IMG/VR virus record: IMGVR_UViG_2889388703_000001
Location: 37,071 to 101,070 of that record
Reading direction: 5' to 3' (one strand)
DNA: 64,000 nucleotides
Source: a virus
Taxonomy: Duplodnaviria; Caudoviricetes
The number at the start of each line of letters is the position of its first letter. The first letter of the stretch is position 1. A program made the position numbers and the translations under genes. A model generated the notes under the pieces. The model did not search any database and was not told the DNA's origin. It saw only the letters and a list, made by a program, of their open reading frames with translations. Positions 37,800-45,200 of the stretch are shown in pieces.

Positions 37800-37891
37800 C
37801 CACTCAAACATTTTTCCTTTTCCTTCGCTTTTTTACGGGTTCATCGGCAGATGCCAGACTGAAAGCGCTAAACGCGGCTGCCTGAACTTCG

Positions 37892-38308
37892 TTAAGCGGG
37901 AAAGGTAGCAGTAATCGTGACCGGGACTGCAATCAGTGCGCCGCAAGCAGAGCAACCGCAACCGTTCTCATTGTAAGAGAATACCTGCGGAACTAAAGTT
38001 GTAGCTACCACACTGGTAGGGGCTGTATTTGCCGCACCGATGAAGGTTACTGTAAACTGTTCGGTCCACTGAATAGTCTTTGCTGCACATCCGTTTTTCG
38101 GAGTGTAGGTCAGAGTTACAGCTGCGTTGATAAGCGCAATGTTCTGCGTGTTGTTGTTTGTGACGCTTGCTACACTGAATACGACGGTAGCAGTAGGTTG
38201 AACGCCGTTGTTCACGCAATAAGCCTGACGCAGTTTCTTAGTGATGTTTACCGTCAGTGGCTGAGCGGTAGCTGTCGGAACTCCAGACAAAGTAATTGAC
38301 TGAATCAT
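37892..38308 (-). CDS. Thr/Ala/Val-rich all-beta Cys protein
   Basis: 138 aa; YC, GC and GCGCSACG motifs; CA-rich leader. Confidence 0.75.
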   Translation of the reverse strand: MIQSITLSGVPTATAQPLTVNITKKLRQAYCVNNGVQPTATVVFSVASVTNNNTQNIALINAAVTLTYTPKNGCAAKTIQWTEQFTVTFIGAANTAPTSVVATTLVPQVFSYNENGCGCSACGALIAVPVTITATFPA

Positions 38309-38369
38309 AGTTGTGTTGTGTTTGTGTTATATATCTTTTACAGGACACCAGGCCGCCTGTATTCGGCAC

Positions 38370-38867
38370 TTATTTCTCTTCTTTTTCTCGTGTTTCATTC
38401 TTTGGTGCAGGCTGCGGTTGTGGGTGCGACGGCTGTGCGGGCTGCTGCGGAACCTTCACCACATATTCCTCGGGTTTCTGATACGGAAGGTTGCAGTCCA
38501 GGTATTTCTTCAGTTCCACCAGGTCATTGCGGTCGAAGGTGAAAAATCCGTCGATTATGGAAAGCTTTCCCTGCTGGATGGCAGAGTCAACATATCCGTG
38601 AGCCAGTTCCGGGATCATGTCGTCCGGAATGCGGGATACAAATCGTTCGAGGAACGGACGGATCATTTTTGTCCCTCCTAAAGATGCCAGCGAATTGATT
38701 TCATTGGAAATCTGCCATCCGGGACCTGCCAGTCCGATTGACTTGAATAACTTCTCCACCGGAAGCATACCGGCAGAAATACCGTTGAGCGTATTGCCCA
38801 TCATAACCGGAATGACCGGCTCACCCCATTTCAGGATGACAGCGGTCAGAATCTGTGCGTTTGTCAT
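38370..38867 (-). CDS. hypothetical protein with Pro/Gln tail
   Basis: 165 aa; CA-rich leader. Confidence 0.75.
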   Translation of the reverse strand: MTNAQILTAVILKWGEPVIPVMMGNTLNGISAGMLPVEKLFKSIGLAGPGWQISNEINSLASLGGTKMIRPFLERFVSRIPDDMIPELAHGYVDSAIQQGKLSIIDGFFTFDRNDLVELKKYLDCNLPYQKPEEYVVKVPQQPAQPSHPQPQPAPKNETREKEEK

Positions 38868-38957
38868 TGTGCTGCGTGTTTGAGTTGTTTGTGTAGAGTA
38901 TGAAAATCATAAGGGAAAGGGGAAGGCCGATGCCCTCCCCCGGATTTCAGCAGTTGA

Positions 38958-39470
38958 TTACTGAGCAGATACACATCCGCAGCAGTCAGACTGACATACA
39001 TTGCTTGACGGAATGTATGTCTTGGTGATAGCCTGCAAAGCGGCGATGCTGTTCTGCATACACTGCAGAGCAGCGGTGTTGGTACCGTTGTAAACGGCCT
39101 GCTGCATGTTGACAGCGGTCTGAGCGTCCTTGTTGGAGCGAACTTCCACTGAAAGTTCCTTGATCTGACCCTGCAAGTCCTTATAGGCTTCCACGATCTT
39201 CTGGTCAGTGTACTTGTCAGCCTTCAGCAAAGCGATTTCTGAATCCTTTGCGTTCAGTTGTTCCACCATGTTCAACTCATAACGGCTTACGGGCATGTTG
39301 TCTGAGCATACGCCTTCTGCGTTCCATCCCCAGCCATTGCGACCCAGGATGTTACCACCGTTGATACCCAAAAATGATGCGATGCCGGCTGCAGCCCCCA
39401 CCGTGTTGAAATTACCTTGTCCCTGGCCGGTTACATTGTAACTCTGGCCATCCATACCTTTGATTGTCAT
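38958..39470 (-). CDS. Gly/Asn-rich coiled-coil protein with CCGC tail
   Basis: Likely start MTIKGMDG (170 aa), downstream of a TACCTTTG box. Confidence 0.75.
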   Translation of the reverse strand: MTIKGMDGQSYNVTGQGQGNFNTVGAAAGIASFLGINGGNILGRNGWGWNAEGVCSDNMPVSRYELNMVEQLNAKDSEIALLKADKYTDQKIVEAYKDLQGQIKELSVEVRSNKDAQTAVNMQQAVYNGTNTAALQCMQNSIAALQAITKTYIPSSNVCQSDCCGCVSAQ

Positions 39471-39515
39471 ACTGTTTTGTGTTTGTGTTGTGTCGTGAAC
39501 TATTTCCCGACATGA

Positions 39516-39602
39516 CAAAGGTACGGACGAAGCATTACTCTGGGAATGAGTTATTTCCTAACCTCTTCCTGATTCTTTCGCAACTTATTCTGAATATTTT
39601 CT
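39516..39602 (-). promoter_or_regulatory. promoter with five 11-bp-phased GAA boxes
   Basis: TACCTTTG at 39523-39516; plus-strand TTC at 39555, 39566, 39577, 39588, 39599. Confidence 0.55.
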
Positions 39603-39840
39603 GTGTGCTGAAACGCTGGTCGAAATTGGTATGAATCTGGTTGACGGCACGCTCCGTCTTTCCGATTCGTGCAGCGATATACGACGGATTCAATCCGCTC
39701 TGAAAAAGGAAATGCACCAGCAGATAGCGTGCATCTACCGTTTCTGTGTCCTTCCTTCCGGAAAGGATCTGTGCGGACGGTATTTCCGTTTCCTCCGATA
39801 CCATGCGGAGGATGGTGTTAAAAATCTCACTCTTACTCAT
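39535..39840 (-). CDS. DnaA domain IV-like HTH regulator
   Basis: IL..VSEETEI...ILSGRK..E.VDARYL......G.....IA..IGKT.RAV. Confidence 0.65.
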   Translation of the reverse strand: MSKSEIFNTILRMVSEETEIPSAQILSGRKDTETVDARYLLVHFLFQSGLNPSYIAARIGKTERAVNQIHTNFDQRFSTQKIFRISCERIRKRLGNNSFPE

Positions 39841-39907
39841 CGTTTCTTTGTTTATCGGGCACGTCTGCCCTGTGTTTTTCTCTTGTGTTTAAAGAAACAA
39901 CCTGCCG

Positions 39908-40462
39908 CTACCATTGCAGCAGGTTGTAATTAAGCGTAACGCCCAGAAACGGTTCTGTCTTCCCTGAAAGCCCTATCCCGTATCCGGCGCTCAGTCCTAT
40001 CCCCCACCTCTTTTTTTTCGGTGCCGGTGCATTTACCACCCCCGTCTGTGTGCGTCGGTAAAACTCTGCCGACACCAGTTGCGGGCGGTACCCTGAAATG
40101 ACTATCCGGTAGTCGTCTGTGCGGTATTCCTTCTCTGTGAGAGGAATAATCACGTCTACGCTGTCTTTCCCTGTAGAAAGCGAATCAGAAACAACCGTAA
40201 CCGTATCCGCTATGCTGTCCGGGATGGAAGCTGACCCGGACAGTTTCTGCGGACGATATACCGGAAGGCGTGCGGTGTCTGTTCCTGCGGGACGTTCTGA
40301 CACGGGAGGAGCAACTGCCGTGTCGCGTATCGTATCTACCCTGACGGGAAGCCATACGGTATCACCCTGTCCAGACTGCGGCGACGCGCATCCACGGAAG
40401 AAAAGCGAAAAGAGGAGCGCGGCCGACAGCAAGCCTACCAGTATCCACGGAAGCTGTTTCAT
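39908..40462 (-). CDS. lysis accessory protein (spanin-like position)
   Basis: N-terminal TM; DT repeats; KKRWGIGLSAGYG C-terminal beta strands; follows the endolysin. Confidence 0.55.
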   Translation of the reverse strand: MKQLPWILVGLLSAALLFSLFFRGCASPQSGQGDTVWLPVRVDTIRDTAVAPPVSERPAGTDTARLPVYRPQKLSGSASIPDSIADTVTVVSDSLSTGKDSVDVIIPLTEKEYRTDDYRIVISGYRPQLVSAEFYRRTQTGVVNAPAPKKKRWGIGLSAGYGIGLSGKTEPFLGVTLNYNLLQW

Positions 40463-41031
40463 ACGCCCAGGTATTTACAGATTCCCTGCACATGCAGCGT
40501 GACAATCTTCTGGCGGCCTTCATCCGACAGAAGGAAGTCCACATCTTCGCGATTGTCCTGGAAAAGGTTTTCCGTCAGCACAGCCGGGCATACAGTGTGC
40601 TTCAGAATATAGAAACCGCTTTCCTTGTCGCTGTCGCCGTCGGCGGTGTCCTTGCGAAGCTTCATGCCTTTCAGCACCTGCTCCGCACTCTGATACAGAC
40701 ATTCGGCCAGTTTGTCGGCCTTGGTCTGACCTACGCTGGTCCATGCCTCCCATCCGCGTGCGGTCATCCACTGCGTGCCGCTTCCGGCAGCGTTACAATG
40801 GACGGATACCAGGATGCTGTCTTTCACCCGGTTGGCGCGTGCGCACCGTTCCTGAAGCGAAATGTCTTCCTCTTCCGGAACGAGCAGCTGCGCGTCGAGC
40901 CCTTTCTTCTTCAGCGCATCCACCACGCGGCGTGCAATGTCGCGTGCATAGGCATATTCACGCAACCGTCCGTCGGGCGACTGCTTCCCATTGGTGTCTG
41001 CACCATGACCGTTATCAATCCAGATTCTCAT
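40459..41031 (-). CDS. endolysin, N-acetylmuramoyl-L-alanine amidase (Amidase_3)
   Basis: IDNGHG, E, SVHCNA and PAVLTENLF zinc-amidase motifs. Confidence 0.92.
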   Translation of the reverse strand: MRIWIDNGHGADTNGKQSPDGRLREYAYARDIARRVVDALKKKGLDAQLLVPEEEDISLQERCARANRVKDSILVSVHCNAAGSGTQWMTARGWEAWTSVGQTKADKLAECLYQSAEQVLKGMKLRKDTADGDSDKESGFYILKHTVCPAVLTENLFQDNREDVDFLLSDEGRQKIVTLHVQGICKYLGV

Positions 41032-41067
41032 GTCGTGTCTAGTTTAGTTTGTGTGTTGTGACTGTGG

Positions 41068-41643
41068 TTATGCAGAAGCCAGAACCCCGGCCTTTTCAAG
41101 CTCGTCAATCAGCTTGTTCAGTACGGTATGTGCATCTTCCGAACCTGTAGCATCTGTTACATGGGCACCCTGCTTTACAATTCCGGGCTTTGCTGTTGTA
41201 GCATTGGTATATGTGGTGTCTGTCCAGTTTACCGTGACATACGCTTTACCTGCTCCGTCTACTCTTACAGCATAGTTCTTTCCGCTTTCTGAAAATCCGG
41301 TCTGGATTCCTCCCAAAGCAGAGTCGCTGGCTTTCGGGAGCACATAGCTTTCACCTCCTCCGCCACCACCGGCTGCTGCGGTATCCTTGATGACCAATGC
41401 CTTGACTTTTTTCACCTCCACATCGCTCAGAAGCCGTACCTTCATGCCGGCAGGTACATTGATTTCAATTACTGAATTTGTGAAATTCACCGTATCCATT
41501 GCGACGGGTTCCATGGTGTCAATAAACTGGGAGATTGAAAGCCTTCCGCTTTTCACACCCTGAATCTGCACCATTGTACGTCCTTCGGAAGTATATTCGG
41601 CCACATAGCCTTCAGCTCCCTTCTTAAAACTGATTTCGTCCAT
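41068..41643 (-). CDS. head-fibre-like virion protein
   Basis: YVLPKAS.SALGGI, ATT...GIVKQ and LN.LI..L..AGVLA motifs; Gly linker. Confidence 0.55.
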   Translation of the reverse strand: MDEISFKKGAEGYVAEYTSEGRTMVQIQGVKSGRLSISQFIDTMEPVAMDTVNFTNSVIEINVPAGMKVRLLSDVEVKKVKALVIKDTAAAGGGGGGESYVLPKASDSALGGIQTGFSESGKNYAVRVDGAGKAYVTVNWTDTTYTNATTAKPGIVKQGAHVTDATGSEDAHTVLNKLIDELEKAGVLASA

Positions 41644-41672
41644 TGTTTGTGTTGTGTTTTTGGTTTGTAACT

Positions 41673-42305
41673 CTATTTATAGGGATTCTCCCGGTATTCC
41701 GGAAGAATGAACTGTATGTTCACCGCTGCATCGTGCAGCACCTTGTGGGTTTGTTCCTCACTTACCTCCATTTCGTCGGTAAACTCGCAGAAGATGTTTC
41801 CTACCCAGTCGGAAGCGCTGTTCAGCCTCTTTATGGCTACGGCGCGACAGCCATTGGTTATAAACAGGGATTTGGCCATCTTGTCCTTCACTTGAGAGTC
41901 TATATCCGTATAGCAGAGAAAAAGGTTTTCGGCCAGTCCTCTGCTGAATACTGCCATTTCGCTCATGGGGAGCCGCTGCACGTTGTCCTTCATGCCCGAC
42001 ACCCCCTTGCGTTTCACTTCGAAATAGATGGAAAGGAAGGCTGCGTTACCCAGCGGGTGCGGCTGTACGATGTACACCCTGTCGGCCTTTGTTTCGTAGA
42101 GCACCTTCCACAGCTCACCAAATACCTTAGCCGTGTTTTCGCTTCGCTTGAAGCTAAGACGTTCGGTTTCCTGCTTGTACCGTTCCAACTTCATATCGTT
42201 CATCTTGTCACGATACTTCTGCGTCATTTTGTTGTACTGAGTAAAAATCAAGGTACCCACAGAAACAACAGCTGCGCTTATGGCCGTCACCATTTCTGCG
42301 TCCAT
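41673..42305 (-). CDS. TM plus GAF-like protein in lysis cassette (holin candidate)
   Basis: N-terminal hydrophobic helix, coiled coil, ADRVYI...G.RAVAI..L...WVGNI. Confidence 0.55.
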   Translation of the reverse strand: MDAEMVTAISAAVVSVGTLIFTQYNKMTQKYRDKMNDMKLERYKQETERLSFKRSENTAKVFGELWKVLYETKADRVYIVQPHPLGNAAFLSIYFEVKRKGVSGMKDNVQRLPMSEMAVFSRGLAENLFLCYTDIDSQVKDKMAKSLFITNGCRAVAIKRLNSASDWVGNIFCEFTDEMEVSEEQTHKVLHDAAVNIQFILPEYRENPYK

Positions 42306-42329
42306 TCCGTGCCTCCTTCCGATTTCCCG

Positions 42330-42728
42330 TTATTCCATCTCTTCCGTATTATCCTTAAAAAGAGCGGCAATAGCTTTTACCACATCGTAGAAACCGCATC
42401 CGCTAAGGCCGGCAGCCAGTCCGTAAATAAGCGTTCCCCACCATTGGTATCCTTCGAGCAGAGGAGTAAGCTGAAGCGCCCATGCCAGCACGCACACCAC
42501 CATACCTACCGCCACGCTCACACCGATTTTTGCGAGCTTGCTTTCTGAAATGGCAGGAATGACTTTCAGAATCTGTGTCACGATGGCCGAAATAAGTGCT
42601 ACGATTCCGGTAAACGTGCCCAGGTCGATTACGAATCCGGCAGTAGAAGGTTCAGAGGTTACAGCTCCCTGTGCGAAAACGGTCACTGCAGAGATCAGCA
42701 TTGCAAACATTAAAATCATCTTTTTCAT
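42330..42728 (-). CDS. holin-like multi-TM protein
   Basis: Signal-like N-terminus plus three TM helices; GLAAGLSGCGFYD. Confidence 0.7.
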   Translation of the reverse strand: MKKMILMFAMLISAVTVFAQGAVTSEPSTAGFVIDLGTFTGIVALISAIVTQILKVIPAISESKLAKIGVSVAVGMVVCVLAWALQLTPLLEGYQWWGTLIYGLAAGLSGCGFYDVVKAIAALFKDNTEEME

Positions 42729-42771
42729 TTTGTCGTCGTTTTTAGTTAAACATTTGGTTTTAGTTGCAATA

Positions 42772-42813
42772 CAAAGTTACGAAGAGCACATTGGAGAATG
42801 AAGGACAAAAAAA
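42772..42813 (-). promoter_or_regulatory. late promoter motif, copy 3 (lysis operon)
   Basis: TTTTTTGTCCTTCA-N19-TAACTTTG. Confidence 0.8.
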
Positions 42814-42831
42814 CGACGGTTTCTCGGCGGA

Positions 42832-42919
42832 CAAAAACAAGAAAGGAGACAATCGCTTGTCTCCTTTCTGTGTTGATAAAACTCTCATCGAAGAAGGGAA
42901 TCCCTGTTTTCCCTATCAC
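42832..42919 (-). ncRNA. candidate sRNA 1
   Basis: TAATTTAG -7-like box at 42931-42924; 13-bp terminator stem 42840-42869 with U-rich tail; no substantial ORF. Confidence 0.4.
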
Positions 42920-43004
42920 GCCGCTAAATTACAAAAAATATTTATATCCGAATAAAATGGGTATGTTTTTTTGATAATTGAATGCTTATTTGCATTTTGA
43001 AACA

Positions 43005-43080
43005 ATAAAAAGAAGGACGGATGCGCAACACTTTGCTCCGCCCTTCAAGCCAAATAAAACAAACCTGCAATTAGGTTTAT
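43005..43080 (-). ncRNA. candidate sRNA 2, complementary to the recombinase 5' UTR
   Basis: TATATTTG box at 43094-43087; terminator 43012-43046 plus U5; 43048-43066 repeats 43148-43166 (18/19). Confidence 0.5.
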
Positions 43081-43169
43081 TTATTACAAATATAACTATT
43101 TCTTTTACAGATATTGCTTTTTATGTAATTTTTTTCTAACTTGTGATAGCCAAATAAAATAAACCTTCT

Positions 43170-44309
43170 ATGAACAAAATCAAGTATTCTATCTGCGTCA
43201 AAGAATTTGATTCAGGTATGTTCAGCGTATATGTGCGCTGCGAACAGTTCGGTAAAAGTATCTTAATTGATACAAACGTACATGTGTTTCACGATGAATG
43301 GGATGGTGAAAACGGACTTATTATCCGTAACCCAAATGCAAGGAAACTTAATCTGTTTATCCGTAAAACGCTTTATCAGCTTGAAGAGTATGAGCTTGAT
43401 TACGACGGAGAGTTTACACTTTCAAAGCTGAAGGAAATATGGGATGGGCGTGAGTCATCTAATGACTTCTATTCGATGATGGAATATCAGATAGAACACC
43501 GCGATATTCGCGAAGGAACAAAAGGAATACACCGGCGTGTGCTAAAGCATCTCAGGAAATTCTGTAAAGAATGTTCAGTTTCCGATATTACGGAAGATTA
43601 TGCAAAGGGATTTATACGCTATATGCGTGAAGCCGGTCTGAATCAAACTACAATAGGTATGCAGATACATGTGCTTAGGTGTTATTATAATATTGCCAGG
43701 AAATTGTTTGGCAACAAGGTCCCTTCCGGTAGTTTCGACTTTTATCATGAAAAACTTTCAGACCGTCTGAAATATAAAATGAAGTCGCTAACTGACGATG
43801 ATATTCGTAAAATTGAAAATTACATAGCACGTACCGACACTCCATCACGATTCATTGTTACACTTGACAGATTCCTTTTTATGGCTTACACCGGAGCAAG
43901 AATATCAGACTTTGCTTCATTCTCCCCGAAAAATTTCACCATAGAAAATGGGAAAATGTGGCTTACCTATACTTCCATAAAGACAAATACAGGCGTTAGG
44001 ATACCTATTTCTTCTATATTCGACGGAAGAGCAGAGCAGATAATAAATAAATATCTTTACAGGCTTGATGATTTTTTCGGTATAAAAAAGGAATTGTTCA
44101 ATGCCAGATTAAAAACTGCTATAAAACATGCAGGTATAGATAAGAATGTTTCAGCTCATGTGGCTCGACATACTTGTGCGTCAAGACTTGTAAACAAAGA
44201 TGTTCCTGTTACTACAATACAAAAGGTAATAGGTCATAGAAGCTTAAAAATGACAATGGTATATGCACAGACAAGTGAAAGCACTCTGATACGACAACTG
44301 TCTATTTAA
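43170..44309 (+). CDS. tyrosine recombinase (probable DNA invertase)
   Basis: YTGARISD, HVARHT, IGHRS and MVYA catalytic motifs; arm-binding/SAM-like N-terminus; adjacent to IR-flanked segment. Confidence 0.9.
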   Translation: MNKIKYSICVKEFDSGMFSVYVRCEQFGKSILIDTNVHVFHDEWDGENGLIIRNPNARKLNLFIRKTLYQLEEYELDYDGEFTLSKLKEIWDGRESSNDFYSMMEYQIEHRDIREGTKGIHRRVLKHLRKFCKECSVSDITEDYAKGFIRYMREAGLNQTTIGMQIHVLRCYYNIARKLFGNKVPSGSFDFYHEKLSDRLKYKMKSLTDDDIRKIENYIARTDTPSRFIVTLDRFLFMAYTGARISDFASFSPKNFTIENGKMWLTYTSIKTNTGVRIPISSIFDGRAEQIINKYLYRLDDFFGIKKELFNARLKTAIKHAGIDKNVSAHVARHTCASRLVNKDVPVTTIQKVIGHRSLKMTMVYAQTSESTLIRQLSI

Positions 44310-44312
44310 TTA

Positions 44313-44361
44313 GAACAAAAGAAAAGTGAAGATTATTTTTATCTTCACTTTCCTTTTGTTC
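44313..44361 (+). terminator. hairpin after the recombinase, insulating the silent cassette
   Basis: GAACAAAAGAAAAGTGAAGAT...ATCTTCACTTTCCTTTTGTTC. Confidence 0.65.
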
Positions 44362-44362
44362 A

Positions 44363-44773
44363 GTGGGAGGACTTATATGGAATATAGATATAAAACGAGC
44401 TTTCGGAAGAAACTCTGTAGGGAAAGGATATATATGTCAACTATTTACGTTTAAAGGTTCATACGGGTATTCTTCTATAATTTTTAGAACAGTATTAGGT
44501 GGGTATTATGGCTCACAAATAACGAGAAGTGTCACAATTACATGCACTGCAAATGGTGCTTTTAAAATTGAAGGTAATGGCAGTGATACAACAAATGCCG
44601 GACTTAGTTTATTTTATAATAAAAATGATGACGGCATAACATTCTATGTTGGAGGAAATAAATCTTCTCTTATCACACCATTTTCATGCGAAATTCTACA
44701 ATATGACGGTAATGTTAGCATACAAAATAAAATTATTGAGAGTGATACTACAAGTTTAACACCTTTAATATAG
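44363..44773 (+). CDS. silent alternative C-terminal cassette of the tail-tip protein
   Basis: Frame begins exactly at the IR (VGGLIWNID...); no ATG start or leader. Confidence 0.75.
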   Translation: MGGLIWNIDIKRAFGRNSVGKGYICQLFTFKGSYGYSSIIFRTVLGGYYGSQITRSVTITCTANGAFKIEGNGSDTTNAGLSLFYNKNDDGITFYVGGNKSSLITPFSCEILQYDGNVSIQNKIIESDTTSLTPLI

Positions 44774-44779
44774 GATTTT

Positions 44780-44801
44780 TTCCACCTCGGCTGAGGTGGA
44801 A
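44780..44801. terminator. hairpin between the two convergent cassettes
   Basis: TTCCACCTC-ggct-GAGGTGGAA. Confidence 0.7.
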
Positions 44802-44815
44802 GGAATATTATACCT

Positions 44816-45160
44816 TTATACCCATCTACCCCATGCAGATCCTGAATTTATTCTAACCAACTTATTACCTTTTGTATCATAAAAACGCTGAATTCTATAT
44901 CCGTATGCCAAATTAATGTCTACAAACAATACTCCGGTTGAACTTCCTGGTATATTATCATTTCCTGCTCCAACGGAGTATATTCCTGCTTCCAAGTCAT
45001 CTATAGTTTGACTTGGAGACACAGTCCCACCTTTGGGGAAGCACCAGTCTTTAGATGCTAAACCGTTCTTCGTTGAGGTGGCCACTCCAATAAGTCCTCC
45101 CACAACTGATATTATCTCCGGATTTTGAATCGCTTCCTTTAAACTTTTTTTCTGTATCAT
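44816..45160 (-). CDS. tail-tip/receptor-binding protein, expressed variant (knob-like C-terminus)
   Basis: Start MIQKKSLKEA; IR inside the gene; GIYSV..NIP...GVLFV...IQRFY...W..W; last gene of the tail operon. Confidence 0.7.
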   Translation of the reverse strand: MIQKKSLKEAIQNPEIISVVGGLIGVATSTKNGLASKDWCFPKGGTVSPSQTIDDLEAGIYSVGAGNDNIPGSSTGVLFVDINLAYGYRIQRFYDTKGNKLVRINSGSAWGRWV

Positions 45161-45200
45161 AATCGTAATTTTTAAGTTTTTCAAATTTATATATTAAATA

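Larger units (their letters stand above)
44363..45103. mobile_element. invertible DNA segment (two-cassette shufflon)
   Basis: Perfect 14-bp IR GTGGGAGGACTTAT at 44363-44376 and 45090-45103, each encoding VGGL(I) in frame. Confidence 0.85.

Noticed and set aside
37804-37840. PVKKRRKRK as a eukaryotic nuclear localisation signal
   Set aside because: Basic tails are common in phage proteins, translation of this frame is unproven, and nothing else supports eukaryotic targeting.
39535-39840. Replication initiator DnaA
   Set aside because: Only a domain-IV-like HTH without the AAA+ domain, far from the replication genes; better read as a transcription regulator.
43170-44309. Tyrosine recombinase as the prophage integrase
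   Set aside because: Flanked by phage genes on both sides, with no att site or host DNA visible, and directly adjacent to an IR-bounded cassette pair; invertase is more parsimonious, though a dual role is not excluded.
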